NCBI RefSeq assembly: GCF_006345805.1
Contig: NC_043008.1
Span: forward strand, 12,834,001-12,898,000
DNA from: Octopus sinensis
Taxonomy: Eukaryota
Length of the DNA stretch: 64,000 nt
Reading direction: 5' to 3'
Part shown: positions 63,035-64,000 of the stretch, piece by piece
How the letters are laid out: each line of letters begins with the position of its first letter
Numbering within the stretch: the stretch's first letter is position 1
The notes under the pieces: model-generated
Told to the model about the DNA's origin: nothing
The model's database searches: none
Seen by the model: the letters and a program-made list of their open reading frames with translations, nothing else
Made by a program: the position numbers and the translations under genes

Positions 63035-63328
63035 TTACTCGAGGCAATCGACCCCAGTACTTATCCTTTGTATGCCTAGTAATATTCTGTCACGCTTCTT
63101 TTTCCGAACCGCTATGTTACGGGGACGTAAACACCCCACCATCGGTTGTCAAGCGATGTTGGTGGGGTGGACAAACACAGACACACAAACATACATACAC
63201 ACACACATACATACATACCCCGAGAAAATAGTAGTAGACACTTGCCGAAATTGCTATGCAGTTTTCAGCGAACCCGGAACTAAGTGGCTGCCAATCAAGC
63301 CACTTAAACACAGTCACTCCTGCGCTTA
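63035..63328 (-). mobile_element. SINE family B, degenerate with internal deletion
   Basis: ccgaaccgcta.gttacggggacgtaaacacc..accatcggttgtcaagcgatgttgg...cacagtcactcctgcgc. Confidence 0.85.
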
Positions 63329-63452
63329 TAAGTAAAATTTTAACTAGATCTCTTTTAATTTCTGGAAGAGATTCTAAACCACCAGCTACGTGTTGTATTA
63401 CTACTTCTCAACACTCATGCCTACCGGGTCACCAATTATATATATATATATA

Positions 63453-63494
<42 letters not shown>

Positions 63495-63547
63495 TGTGGT
63501 GTGTGTATGTAATAATTATATATTTTATTACATACATATATATATAT

Positions 63548-63603
<56 letters not shown>

Positions 63604-63737
63604 TATATCATATATATATGTGTGTATATATATACATATATATATATTATGTGAATATATATATATATATAATATATAAAATTATGTATATATATATATA
63701 TATATATAAGCTTACATACATACAAATATATACATAC

Positions 63738-63769
<32 letters not shown>

Positions 63770-63800
63770 GTATGTATGTATGTTTGTATATTGATGTATG

Positions 63801-63835
<35 letters not shown>

Positions 63836-64000
63836 TATATTATTATATATTAATATGTATATATCTGTATGTATGTATGCACGCACATAAATTCATGGAA
63901 ACACAAATACACGCATACAAACATATATATTCATATAATATGATATTACAATATTAATATTTTAATCTAACTTTCAGTTATGGTCTACAAGTAGTAATCC

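Overview
Very AT-rich, microsatellite-saturated animal genomic DNA with no confidently identifiable host protein-coding gene. The repeat families resemble those I recall from Octopus genomes; this is an inference, not checked by search. The window is mostly transposon-derived: (i) four tRNA-derived SINE families, two of them in about 15 copies each; (ii) R4/Dong-type non-LTR retrotransposons (RT + CCHC + restriction-like endonuclease), all four closely related copies lying inside (TAA)n arrays and in two places chained one after another; (iii) a 5'-truncated CR1-group LINE whose 3' tail matches the commonest long SINE; (iv) Penelope-like remnants (a GIY-YIG fragment and terminal repeats), several carrying minimal hammerhead-ribozyme motifs with palindromic stem III, the cleanest at 30012-30054 on the minus strand; (v) small DNA transposons (Tc1/mariner, pogo/Tigger, hAT, Mutator-like, Helitron-like); (vi) four near-identical tandem duplications whose breakpoints all fall in microsatellites (real or assembly artefacts). 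A few splice-site-flanked open segments and two TATA/Inr candidates are listed at low confidence. Most ORFs in the supplied track are microsatellite or SINE artefacts. All alignments were done by eye and element boundaries are approximate unless TIR/TSD positions are given.
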